DNA from: Solirubrobacterales bacterium
GTDB lineage: Bacteria; Actinomycetota; Thermoleophilia; Solirubrobacterales; 70-9
Length of the DNA: 64,000 nucleotides
Direction: 5' to 3'
Assembly: GCA_051961435.1 (NCBI GenBank)
Contig: JBQCDH010000027.1
Span: 32,535 to 96,534 of the forward strand
Shown here: piece after piece, positions 34,639 to 43,253 of the stretch
Position numbering within the stretch: position 1 is the stretch's first letter
How the letters are laid out: every line of letters starts with the position of its first letter
Translations under genes and position numbers: made by a program
The notes under the pieces: model-generated
What the model was told of the DNA's origin: nothing
Seen by the model: only the letters and a program-made list of their open reading frames with translations
Databases searched by the model: none

Positions 34639-35397
34639 TCAGTCGGCCGAGGGCAAGCCCGGGCCGCTGCGCTGCCACTCGACCTGGCCGCGGCCCTCGG
34701 CGGCGGAGCGGCCGACGACGTCGTCCCACTCGTGCAGCATCCGCTTCAGCCGGGCGACCGCCTCGGGGGGATGGGCGGCGACGCCGGCGGCCAGCTCCAG
34801 CGCCGCTTCCTCGGTGCCGGCGGCGGGTGCGACGCGGTTGACGAGGCCGAGCCGCAGCGCCTCGTCGGCGCCGACGGTGCGCGAGCTGAGCAGCAGGTAC
34901 TTGGCGGCGGCGAGACCGCAGAGGGTGACGAGCCGGGCCGGGCCGACCGGCACGCCGAGCGCGGCGCCGGGGAAGCGCATCCGCAGGTTGGAGCCGCCGA
35001 CCCGCATGTCGCAGGCGACGGCGATCTCCGCCCCGCCGCCGACCACGTCGCCGTGACAGGCGGCGATCGTCGGCTTCGGAAAGGCGACGACGGCGTCGTA
35101 GAGGTCGGCGAAGAGCTGCATGCGGCGGACCTTGCCCTCGGCATCTAGCTGCTCGCGGACGTCGGCGCCGGCGGAGAGGCCGAGGTGATCGGCGGAGCTG
35201 ATCACCAGCACCCGTACTGCCTCGTCGCCGCGGGCGACCGCGAGGTGCTCGAGCAGCTCCAGCAGCATCTGGGTGTCGATCGCGTTGCGCGCCCGCGGGC
35301 GGTTCAGCCGGATCAGCGCCACCCCCTGCTCGTCGACGGAGTAGCCGGTGACCTCGGTGCCCTCGTTCTCCGGGCTGCCGCCGTTCTCCGCGCTCAT
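34639..35397 (-). CDS. enoyl-CoA hydratase/isomerase family protein
   Basis: 252 aa. ALIRLNRPRARNAI, FSAGADV, ACHGDVVGGGAEIAVACD. Confidence 0.85.
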   Translation of the reverse strand: MSAENGGSPENEGTEVTGYSVDEQGVALIRLNRPRARNAIDTQMLLELLEHLAVARGDEAVRVLVISSADHLGLSAGADVREQLDAEGKVRRMQLFADLYDAVVAFPKPTIAACHGDVVGGGAEIAVACDMRVGGSNLRMRFPGAALGVPVGPARLVTLCGLAAAKYLLLSSRTVGADEALRLGLVNRVAPAAGTEEAALELAAGVAAHPPEAVARLKRMLHEWDDVVGRSAAEGRGQVEWQRSGPGLPSAD

Positions 35398-35987
35398 GCC
35401 TCAGACGCTATTCGTTCGACCAGGCGCTCGGTCTCGTCGGCGGCGCGGCCGACCAGCGCCTCGACCTCCGCCTTCGGCTCGCGGAAGCGGCCGAGCACGT
35501 AGCGGGAGACGATCTCCGGGTCGGTGGAATCGGGCCGCCCCACCCCGACCCGCACCCGCCAGAACTCGGCGTCGCCGAAGCCGCGCTTGAGGCTCTTGAG
35601 CCCGTTGTGGCCCGCGAGGCCGCCGCCGAGCCGGGGCTGGATCTCCCCGAAGGGCAGGTCGATCTCGTCGTGGAGGACGACCACCCGGTCGAGCGGCGCC
35701 CTCAGCGAGCCGCGTGCCGGCCCGGCCGCCTCGCCCGAGGCGTTCATGTAGGTCTGCGGCAAGAGCAGCGCCACCCGCGGCCCGCCCGGTCCCGCCCGGC
35801 CTTCGTAGAGCTTGCCGCCGAACTTGCTGCGCGGCCGGCCCAGCCCCCAGCGCTCGGCCAGCTCGCGGGCGACGTCGAAGCCGACGTTGTGGCGCTGGCC
35901 CGCGTGCTCGGGCTCGGGGTTGCCGAGACCGACGATGAGGATGCGCTCGCCCTGCTCGCCGCCCTCGCGGCGGCGGAACAGCGACAG
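35394..35987 (-). CDS. pth: peptidyl-tRNA hydrolase (start codon non-canonical or uncertain)
   Basis: The track ORF (GTG 35774) lacks the conserved N-terminus. The frame is open up to the rplY stop and encodes ILIVGLGNPEPEHAGQRHNVGF upstream. The only candidate starts are CTG 35987/35981 or ATC. Confidence 0.8.
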   Translation of the reverse strand: MSLFRRREGGEQGERILIVGLGNPEPEHAGQRHNVGFDVARELAERWGLGRPRSKFGGKLYEGRAGPGGPRVALLLPQTYMNASGEAAGPARGSLRAPLDRVVVLHDEIDLPFGEIQPRLGGGLAGHNGLKSLKRGFGDAEFWRVRVGVGRPDSTDPEIVSRYVLGRFREPKAEVEALVGRAADETERLVERIASEA

Positions 35988-35990
35988 AAG

Positions 35991-36686
35991 CTACTCGCCC
36001 TCGGAAGACGCGCCTTCGTCGCCGCCGCCCTCGCCCTCGGCGGCAGCCGCGCCTTCGCCGCCCTCCTCGCCCTCGCCGACCAGCTCGGCCTCCTCCTCGA
36101 CTTCCGGCGCGACCTCTTCGACGCGCGGCGGCGAGACGGTGACGATGGTGATCTCCTCGGGCTCCTCGGCGACGAACTTGACGCCGTCGGGTGCGGTGAC
36201 GGCGGAGAGCTGCAGCGTGTCGTTGATCTCCATCGCGGAGACGTCGAGGACGATGCTGTCGGGGATGTCGGTCGGCAGCGCTTCGACCGTGATCTCGCGG
36301 GTGACGTGCTCGAGCACGCCGCCGCCGCGGACGCCGGGGGCGTCGTCGACGCCCTGCAGCTCGATCGCCACCTCGGCCTGGATTTCCTCTTTGAGGTCCA
36401 CCTCGAACAGGTCGAGGTGCTGGAGGCTGCCGCGGACCGGGTGGTGCTGGGCTTCCTTGACGACGACGGGGACGGCTTTGCTGCCCTCGATCTCGAGGTC
36501 GAACAGCGCCGCGCCCTCGCCGAGGACGCTGCGGACGTCGCGTTCGCTGACCTGGAACGGCTTCGCCTCGGCCCCGCCCGAGTAGACGACGCCCGGCACG
36601 ACGCCGTCGCGGCGCATGCGGCGGGAGGCGCGCGAGCCGAAATCGCCGCGCGGAGCGACTTTGAGGGTGGAGCGTTTGCTCGCCAT
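35991..36686 (-). CDS. rplY: 50S ribosomal protein L25 / general stress protein Ctc
   Basis: 231 aa. L25/Ctc N-terminal and beta-barrel domains (RRDGVVPGVVYSG...), acidic Gly/Glu tail. Confidence 0.9.
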   Translation of the reverse strand: MASKRSTLKVAPRGDFGSRASRRMRRDGVVPGVVYSGGAEAKPFQVSERDVRSVLGEGAALFDLEIEGSKAVPVVVKEAQHHPVRGSLQHLDLFEVDLKEEIQAEVAIELQGVDDAPGVRGGGVLEHVTREITVEALPTDIPDSIVLDVSAMEINDTLQLSAVTAPDGVKFVAEEPEEITIVTVSPPRVEEVAPEVEEEAELVGEGEEGGEGAAAAEGEGGGDEGASSEGE

Positions 36687-36718
36687 CGGACGGGAGAGGA
36701 TAGAGAAATGGCCGCGAA

Positions 36719-36882
36719 AGGACCCGCCTCATCGCCCGCGTGTGCGACTGGCGAATGCCGGGCCGAGCGGGGGTAGGACGCAGGGAGGCCGAATGGCAGC
36801 GCCATTTGGCCGACCGAGGACGCCGCCCCGCGAAGTGTGCCCGGTGCCGTCAGGCGTGCGCGGGGGCGATGAGGCGGGTCCT
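36719..36882 (+). other. 164-nt rod-like imperfect palindrome / candidate structured RNA in the rplY-ABC1 intergenic region
   Basis: 32 opposed positions 36719-36750 / 36851-36882 (27 Watson-Crick, 3 G-T, 2 mismatches), inner stems, and an apical hairpin 36787-36797 / 36801-36811. Termini are AGGACCCGC / GCGGGTCCT. Confidence 0.6.
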
Positions 36883-36908
36883 GTGGGCGCCTGTGGCAAC
36901 CTAGCGAC

Positions 36909-38327
36909 GTGGCCGACGAGTCGAAGATCCCCAAAGGACGCATCCGCCGCTCGGCCAAGCTGGGCTCGATCGTCGGCGTCCAGGGGGCCCGCTACGCCGG
37001 CACCAAGGCCGCCAACGTCGGCCGCTCGGAGGAGGAGAGCAAGGAGCGGCTGGAGCAGCGCCACCTGGAGACGGCGATGAAGATGGTCGGCGCGCTCGGC
37101 CAGATGAAGGGCGCGGCGATGAAGCTCGGCCAGTTCGCCTCCTTCATCGACACCGAGTTCATCCCCGAGGAGTACCGCGAGATCTACCAGGAACAGCTGG
37201 CGAAACTGCGCACCGACGCGCCGGCGATGCCCTGGGAGAAAGTCGAGAAGGTGCTGCTCGAGGAGTACGACGGCGAACCGCTCTCCGAGCTCTTCGCCGA
37301 GTTCGAGGAGGAGGCCTTCGCCGCCGCCTCGATCGGCCAGGTCCACCGCGCCGAGCTCCTCGACGGGCGGCGGGTGGCGGTGAAGATCCAGTACCCGGGG
37401 ATCGCCGAGGCGCTCGACGCCGACCTGCGCAACGCCGGCACGATCGTGCGGCTGGCGCGGGCGATCGCCCCCGGCCTCGACGCCAAGGCGATCGCCGAGG
37501 AGCTGCGCGAGCGGGTGATGGAGGAGCTCGACTACGAGTACGAGGCGCAGAACCAGCGCACCTTCTCCCGCGCCTACCGCGAACACCCCTTCATCTACGT
37601 GCCGGAAGTGGTGACGCGGCTCTCCCGGCGGCGGGTGCTGGTCACCGAGCTGGTCGAGGGGATGGGCTTCGAGGAGATCAAGCAGCTGCCGCACGCCGAG
37701 CGCAGCCGCTTCGGCGAGATCGTCTTCCGCGGCAGCTTCGGCTCGATCTACCACCTGCAGCACTTCAACGCCGACCCCCACCCCGGCAACTACATCCTCA
37801 TGGAGGACGGCCGGGTCGCCTTCCTCGACTTCGGGATGACCAAGAAGCTCGACCGCGAGCAGATCCTACTCGAGCAGCGCGCCTTCGACGCCGCCTCGCG
37901 CAACGATCCGGAGGCGTTCCGCCGGGCGCTGCACGACCTCGGCTTCATCAAGAAGCCCTCCAAGCTCGACGCCGAGCGGCTGATGGACCACATGCGGGCG
38001 ATCGGCGGCTGGTACGTCGAAGACCGCGAGATCGAAATCACCGCGCGGCGGGTGATGAAGATCATCGAGTCGACCAACGACCCGCGCTCGGAGTACTTCG
38101 ACCTGATGCGGCGCGAGAGCCTGCCGGCCGACGAGCTGATGGGGCGGCGGATGGAGATCGGCGTCGTCGCCGTGCTCGGGCAGCTGCGGGCGAAGCGCAA
38201 CTGGCACCGGATCGCCCGCGAGTGGGTCTACGCCGACGCGCCGGCGACCGAGCTGGGCGAGCTGGAGTGGGACTACTTCGAGGAGCGCGGGGTCAAGCGC
38301 ACGCCGGGCCTTGCCGAAACCCTCTGA
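36909..38327 (+). CDS. ABC1/UbiB-family atypical kinase
   Basis: 472 aa. ASIGQVHRA...VAVKIQYPG, HADPHPGN. Confidence 0.85.
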   Translation: MADESKIPKGRIRRSAKLGSIVGVQGARYAGTKAANVGRSEEESKERLEQRHLETAMKMVGALGQMKGAAMKLGQFASFIDTEFIPEEYREIYQEQLAKLRTDAPAMPWEKVEKVLLEEYDGEPLSELFAEFEEEAFAAASIGQVHRAELLDGRRVAVKIQYPGIAEALDADLRNAGTIVRLARAIAPGLDAKAIAEELRERVMEELDYEYEAQNQRTFSRAYREHPFIYVPEVVTRLSRRRVLVTELVEGMGFEEIKQLPHAERSRFGEIVFRGSFGSIYHLQHFNADPHPGNYILMEDGRVAFLDFGMTKKLDREQILLEQRAFDAASRNDPEAFRRALHDLGFIKKPSKLDAERLMDHMRAIGGWYVEDREIEITARRVMKIIESTNDPRSEYFDLMRRESLPADELMGRRMEIGVVAVLGQLRAKRNWHRIAREWVYADAPATELGELEWDYFEERGVKRTPGLAETL

Positions 38328-38376
38328 GTCGGCGAAGCTCGACACGACGCTGCAAAGCCCGAAGGGAGAGGAACGA

Positions 38377-39243
38377 ATGAGCAGGATCAAACGTGGCTGG
38401 GGCTTGACGAAGAAGAGCTGGGCGCTGCTGAACGAGCACCGCTCGCTGATCCGCTTCCCGCTCTACGGCGCGGTGGCGACGATCCTGCCGGCGGTCGTCT
38501 TCCTCGGCCCGGGCCTCTACCTGCTCGACAAGGACACGCTGGCCGGCGCGATCCCGCTGCTCGTGATCGGCGTCTACGCGCTCAGCGTCATCGGCTTCTA
38601 CTTCAGCGTCGGCCTCGCCGCCTGCGCCGACATGATCTTCCGCGGCCAGGAAGCGACCGTCGCCGACGGCCTCGCCGTCGCCCGCGCCCGCTTCGCCCAG
38701 ATCTGCGGCTGGGCCGCGGTCAACACGGCGATCAGCGCGGTGATGGGCGTGCTCGAGAACCAGGGCGGCCTCGGCGGCCAGATCGCCGCTCGCCTCGTCG
38801 GCATGGCCTGGTCGCTGGTCACCTTCCTGGCGGTGCCGGTGATCGCGATCGAGGGCACCGGCCCGTTCGAGACGATCAAGCGCTCGGCCTCGATGTTCCG
38901 CGAGCGCTGGGGGCAGCAGATCACCGGCAACATCGCGATCGGCGGCGCCGTCTTCCTCCTCGGCGTGCTGCCGGCGGTGGCGCTGATCGTGCTCGGCATC
39001 GCCGCCTGGCCCTCGGCCTCCTTCCTCGGCGCGCTGCTGGTCGTGATCGGGGCGCTCGGGCTGGCGATCGCGCTGCTGGTCTCGAAGGCGCTCAGCGGCA
39101 TCTTCGGCGTCGCCCTCTACCGCTACGCGCTCGACGGCACCCCCGTCGGCGGCTTCACCGTGGAGGAGCTGGAGTCGGCGGTGAAGACGAAGGGCCGCCG
39201 CGGCGCGGCGACGCCTCCCGGAGCCACGCCGGGCACGATTTAG
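38377..39243 (+). CDS. polytopic membrane protein (DUF6159-like)
   Basis: Start taken at ATG 38377, preceded by GGGAGAGGAA. MSRIKRGWGLTKKSWALL followed by several TM helices. Confidence 0.6.
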   Translation: MSRIKRGWGLTKKSWALLNEHRSLIRFPLYGAVATILPAVVFLGPGLYLLDKDTLAGAIPLLVIGVYALSVIGFYFSVGLAACADMIFRGQEATVADGLAVARARFAQICGWAAVNTAISAVMGVLENQGGLGGQIAARLVGMAWSLVTFLAVPVIAIEGTGPFETIKRSASMFRERWGQQITGNIAIGGAVFLLGVLPAVALIVLGIAAWPSASFLGALLVVIGALGLAIALLVSKALSGIFGVALYRYALDGTPVGGFTVEELESAVKTKGRRGAATPPGATPGTI

Positions 39244-39301
39244 GGTGCTCCGGTCATTTGTTCCGGATAGCGGAACAAATGATGGGCACGCCTCAGAGAG
39301 G

Positions 39302-40033
39302 TCATAGCTGCGCGAACAACCGCGGGTCGTTCGAGCAGATGCCGTGGACGCCGGCCGCGGCCAGCTTGCGCATCCGCGCGGGGTCGTCCACCGTCCAGGC
39401 GATCAGCTCGACGCCGGCGAGGTCGCAGATGCGCGCCAGCCGCGGCGTGATCAGCGGGTGGTAGACCCACATCGCCGCGACGTTGAACTGCGGCAGCTTC
39501 TCGGCCGCGAGGCCGGGGAGATGGGTCCGCATGCCGATCAGGGCGGCGCGCATCGGCAGCGCCGCCCAGCGCCGCGAGGTCCAGTCCTTGGTGACTTTGG
39601 GATAGGTCCAGCCGCGCCGCAGCTCCGGGGCCAGTTCGAGGACCCGGCGCAGCGTGTGCATCTCCATCGTCGAGATCATCGCCCGCTCCATCAGCCCCCG
39701 CTCGCGCAGCGCCTCCACCAGCTCCTCCTCGCGGCCCGGCAGCTTGACGTCGAGGTCGATCTCGACCCGGTCCAGCGGCGGCTCGAGGAAGGCGTCCAGC
39801 GCCTCGGTCAGCCGCAGCGGCGTCCTCCGCTCGGCGTCCTCCCAGTCGTGGGCGACCACCAGCGGCGCCCGCTGCTCCAGCGGCAGGTGCGCGTCTCGCA
39901 GCCAGAGCACGTCCAGCTCGATCGTGTCCACCCCCGCCTCCACGGCGGCCCGGAAGCTCTCGAGGGTGTTCCCAGGGGCGATCAGGTCGGCGCCCTTGTG
40001 GCCGACCAGACGCAGGCTGCGCTCGGGGCTCAA
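39302..40033 (-). CDS. glycerophosphodiester phosphodiesterase family protein
   Basis: VGHKGADLIAPGNTLESFRAAVEAGVDTIELDV. Start placed at TTG 40033 (TTGA overlap with the upstream gene stop); the track ORF extends to ATG 40156. Confidence 0.7.
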   Translation of the reverse strand: MSPERSLRLVGHKGADLIAPGNTLESFRAAVEAGVDTIELDVLWLRDAHLPLEQRAPLVVAHDWEDAERRTPLRLTEALDAFLEPPLDRVEIDLDVKLPGREEELVEALRERGLMERAMISTMEMHTLRRVLELAPELRRGWTYPKVTKDWTSRRWAALPMRAALIGMRTHLPGLAAEKLPQFNVAAMWVYHPLITPRLARICDLAGVELIAWTVDDPARMRKLAAAGVHGICSNDPRLFAQL

Positions 40034-40545
40034 CAGAGCGCTCCGGCGTTGGAGTGTGCCGCCATGTAGCCCAGCCCGGGGTAGGCGCAGAGGGCGAGCG
40101 CGAGGAGGTAGAGGGGGAGGACGATTCCCACCTCGTCGACCTCCCTCCTGCTCCATCCCGCGACCGCCAGGACGAGGAGGCAGGGCAACGCCACCACAGA
40201 GCCGGCGGCGAGAACGCGACCGAGGAGGGAGTCACCGCCGAAGACGCCCGTGAGCAGCGCCAGCAGGATCAAGGCGCCGAGGACCCAGAAGCCGTCGCGC
40301 TGCTCGAAGGCGTCGAGTTTCCACATCTCCACCAGGCGGACCAGGGCGGCTCCTCCCACGCCGATGGAGAAGAGGGCTATGAGCGCGTTCAGGCCGCGAC
40401 CGCCGCCGTGGGTTGGGCCATCGGCCACGTCGCAGGAACCGTGGGGAAGCGAGGACACGAGCGCGAGGACGAAGACGACGATCAGCAGGAGAAAGGGCAC
40501 CAGGATCCACCGCCCGAGCCGCCCCGATTCGGTCCCCTCCTCCAA
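40030..40545 (-). CDS. hypothetical membrane protein
   Basis: Hydrophobic C-terminal ~170 aa of track ORF 40030..41172. Only this part lies outside prs. The TTG 40545 start is tentative. Confidence 0.45.
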   Translation of the reverse strand: MEEGTESGRLGRWILVPFLLLIVVFVLALVSSLPHGSCDVADGPTHGGGRGLNALIALFSIGVGGAALVRLVEMWKLDAFEQRDGFWVLGALILLALLTGVFGGDSLLGRVLAAGSVVALPCLLVLAVAGWSRREVDEVGIVLPLYLLALALCAYPGLGYMAAHSNAGALC

Positions 40546-40559
40546 CTCCGGCGGCGTGC

Positions 40560-41585
40560 TCAGAACAGCTGGTTCTCGCCGGCGAAGATCTCCGACACCG
40601 AGTCGTCGGTGAAGATGCGGCGGATCGAATCGGCGAAGGTGCTGGCGGTGGAGAGCACGGTGATGTTGTCCGGGGCGCCGGGGCGCAGCGGCAGGGTGTC
40701 GGTGACGACGATCCGCTCGATCGCCGAGTTCTCCAGCCGTTCGTAGGCGGGACCGGAGAAGACGCCGTGGGTGGCGCAGGCGATCACCTTGGCGGCGCCC
40801 TCGTCGAGCACGGTCTGGGCGGCGGCGCAGAGGGTGCCGGCGGTGTCGATCATGTCGTCGACGAGGACCGCGGTCTTGCCCTCGACGTCGCCGACGACGT
40901 AGCCGATCTCGGCGACCTGCTGGGCCGGGCGCTCCTTCTCCATCACCGCCCACTGGGTGCCGATGCGGCGGGCGAAGTTGCGGGCGGTCTTCACGCGGCC
41001 GGCGTCGGGCGAGACGATCACCAGCTCCTCGTTCATTTCCTGGTCGACGAACCACTGGGTCAGCATCGGCATCGCCGTCATGTGGTCGACCGGGACGTGG
41101 AAGAAGCCCTGGACCTGGCCGGCGTGGAGGTCCATGGTGAGGACACGGTCGACGCCGACGCCCTCGAGGCACTTGGCGACGATGCGGGCGGAGATCGGCT
41201 CGCGCGGAGCCGACTTCTTGTCCTGGCGGGCGTAGCCGTACCAGGGCAGGACGGCGATGATCCGGTGCGCGGAGGCGCCCTGGGCAGCGTCGATCATCGT
41301 CAGCAGCTCCATCAGCGCGTCGTTCGGGGTCATCCCTTCCTGCTCGTTGGCGCAGGTCGACTGGACGAGGAAGACGTCGGCGCCGCGGATCGACTCCTCG
41401 TAGCGGCAGTAGACCTCGCCGTCGGCGAAGGTCTTCAGCGTCACCTGGCCCAGGTCGATTTCGAGCTTGTTCGCCACCTTCGCGGCCAGGTCCATCGAAC
41501 AGCGGCCGCCGAAGACCATCATCCGCTTCGAGTAGTCGTGGTCGATGGCGGTACCCACCTGTGGGCGCTCCTCGATCATGCTCAC
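40560..41585 (-). CDS. prs: ribose-phosphate pyrophosphokinase
   Basis: 341 aa. FADGEVYCRYEESIRGADVFLVQS, VLVDDMIDTAGT. Confidence 0.95.
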   Translation of the reverse strand: MSMIEERPQVGTAIDHDYSKRMMVFGGRCSMDLAAKVANKLEIDLGQVTLKTFADGEVYCRYEESIRGADVFLVQSTCANEQEGMTPNDALMELLTMIDAAQGASAHRIIAVLPWYGYARQDKKSAPREPISARIVAKCLEGVGVDRVLTMDLHAGQVQGFFHVPVDHMTAMPMLTQWFVDQEMNEELVIVSPDAGRVKTARNFARRIGTQWAVMEKERPAQQVAEIGYVVGDVEGKTAVLVDDMIDTAGTLCAAAQTVLDEGAAKVIACATHGVFSGPAYERLENSAIERIVVTDTLPLRPGAPDNITVLSTASTFADSIRRIFTDDSVSEIFAGENQLF

Positions 41586-42976
41586 GGGTTTTCGTCCTCT
41601 CGCATCTCGGCCGCCTTGCGAGCGGCGTATCCGTCGATGTTCCTCTGCGCGTTCTCGCTGACGCCCAGCGCCCCCTCGGGCACGTCGTCCTTGATCACTG
41701 CGCCAGCGCCAGTGTAGGCGGCGTCGCCGACTTCTACCGGTGCGATCAGCATCGTGTCAACGCCGATCCGCACGTTGCGGCCGATCACGGTGCGGTGCTT
41801 GCGGAAACCGTCGTAGTTGGCGGTGATCGTGCCGGCGCCGAGGTTGCTGCCCGGGCCGATCTCGGCGTCGCCGACGTAGGCGAGGTGCGGGACCTTGGTC
41901 CCCTCCCCCACCTGCGAGTTCTTGATCTCGACGAAGGTGCCGGCCTTGGCGCCGTCCTCCAGCAGAGCCCCGGGGCGCAGGTAGGCGAAGGGGCCGACTG
42001 AGCAGCCGGCGCGGACGTCGCACTCGACCAGGTAGGAGTGCAGGACCTGGGAGCCGGCGCCGACGGAGCTGTCGATCAAGGTGCTGAGCGGACCGACGAC
42101 GGCGCCCTCGCCGAGCGCGGTGGCGCCGCGGAGGGTGGTGCCGGGCTCGATGCGCGCGTCGGCGGCGATCTCGACGCCGGCGTCGATCCAGGTCGAGGCG
42201 GGGTCGACGACGGTGACGCCGGCGAGCATGTGGGACTCGAGCAGGCGGCGGCGTCCCTCGGTCTCGACCGCGGCGAGGTCGACGCGGTTGTTGACGCCCA
42301 TCGTCACGGCGAGGTCGTCGGCGCGGTGGGCGGCGACCGAGTGGCCCGCCTCGCGCAGGGCCGGGAGGACGTCGGGGAGGTAGTACTCGCCCTGGGCGTT
42401 GTCGTTGGAGAGCGACTGCAGGGCGGCCGCCAGCGGGGCGGCGTCGAAGGCGTAGGTCCCGGCGTTGACCTCGCGGATCGCCAGCTGCTCGGCGTCGGCG
42501 TCGCCGGCGGCTTTGGCCTCGACCACGCGCTCGACCGCGCCGGAGGCGCCGCGGACGACGCGGCCGTAGGAGCCGGGATCGTCGAGCTCGATCGTCATCA
42601 TCGTCGCCGCCGCGTCCGAGGACGCGTGGGCCTGCAGGAAGTCGGAGATGACCGCGGCGGAGATCAGCGGATGGTCGCCCGAGAGGACCAGGACCGTCTC
42701 GCTCTCCTCGATCAGCGGCAGCGCCGCCCGGATCGCGCCGCCGGTGCCGTCGGGCTGCGGCTGCTCGATGGTCTCCACGCCCTCCGGGAGGCCGGCGGAG
42801 AGGTCGCGTCCCGGCGAGACGATCGCCGCCACCCGCCCGGCGCCAGCCTCGCGCGCGGCGACGATCGGCCAGGCGACCATCGGCCGCCCGCAGACGGGAT
42901 GCAGCATCTTCGGCGTCGACGAGCGCATCCGGGTGCCCTCGCCCGCCGCCATGACCAGGACCAGAGGCAAACTCAC
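41582..42976 (-). CDS. glmU: bifunctional UDP-N-acetylglucosamine pyrophosphorylase / glucosamine-1-phosphate N-acetyltransferase
   Basis: LVMAAGEGTRMRS, left-handed beta-helix hexapeptide repeats in the C-terminal half. GTG 42976 preferred over ATG 43075, because the extension overlaps hairpin repeat copy B. Confidence 0.9.
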   Translation of the reverse strand: MSLPLVLVMAAGEGTRMRSSTPKMLHPVCGRPMVAWPIVAAREAGAGRVAAIVSPGRDLSAGLPEGVETIEQPQPDGTGGAIRAALPLIEESETVLVLSGDHPLISAAVISDFLQAHASSDAAATMMTIELDDPGSYGRVVRGASGAVERVVEAKAAGDADAEQLAIREVNAGTYAFDAAPLAAALQSLSNDNAQGEYYLPDVLPALREAGHSVAAHRADDLAVTMGVNNRVDLAAVETEGRRRLLESHMLAGVTVVDPASTWIDAGVEIAADARIEPGTTLRGATALGEGAVVGPLSTLIDSSVGAGSQVLHSYLVECDVRAGCSVGPFAYLRPGALLEDGAKAGTFVEIKNSQVGEGTKVPHLAYVGDAEIGPGSNLGAGTITANYDGFRKHRTVIGRNVRIGVDTMLIAPVEVGDAAYTGAGAVIKDDVPEGALGVSENAQRNIDGYAARKAAEMREDENP

Positions 42977-43028
42977 CCGCGAATCGTATTGCGGCGTGAG
43001 TTCATCTGCCAGACAAAGGGCTAGGCGG

Positions 43029-43110
43029 GCGGGTCCTGTCGGGGGGAGGGGACGCCTGCGCTGGATGCTCGGCATCCCCTCCCCCCGCCACCCGCCCGAG
43101 GAGCGGTTTC
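43029..43110 (+). repeat. hairpin repeat copy B
   Basis: gcgggtcctgt + stem cggggggaggggacgcc / ggcatcccctccccccg (16/17, one C-A) + loop TGCGCTGGATGCTC + ccacccgc tail. Confidence 0.8.
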
Positions 43111-43145
43111 AGCTGACGGGAAAAAGCGCTCGGCGAATTCCGTCT

Positions 43146-43237
43146 GGCGACCAACGCTCCCCCGGCGGGTGGCCCGAGTGTGGGGGGTACCGAGCATCCA
43201 GCGCAGGTGCCCCCCATCAGCTCGGGCCAGGACCCGC
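43146..43237 (-). repeat. hairpin repeat copy C (inverted relative to copy B)
   Basis: Reverse complement reads gcgggtcctGGCCCGAGctgatGGGGGGCACC-TGCGCTGGATGCTC-GGTACCCCCCacaCTCGGGCCacccgc. Confidence 0.8.
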
Positions 43238-43253
43238 CGGCCGAACTCCTCCG

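Noticed and set aside
35401-36958. 443-aa and 404-aa minus-strand ORFs and a 389-aa plus-strand ORF across pth and rplY
   Set aside because: They are out-of-frame or antisense to rplY and pth, with Arg/Pro-rich translations.
40034-40156. Longer N-terminus (ATG 40156) for the glycerophosphodiester phosphodiesterase
   Set aside because: The extension is Arg/Pro/Gly-rich and overlaps the C-terminus of the upstream membrane-protein ORF by about 125 nt. TTG 40033 gives a TTGA stop-start overlap and a normal distance to the HKG motif. This remains uncertain.
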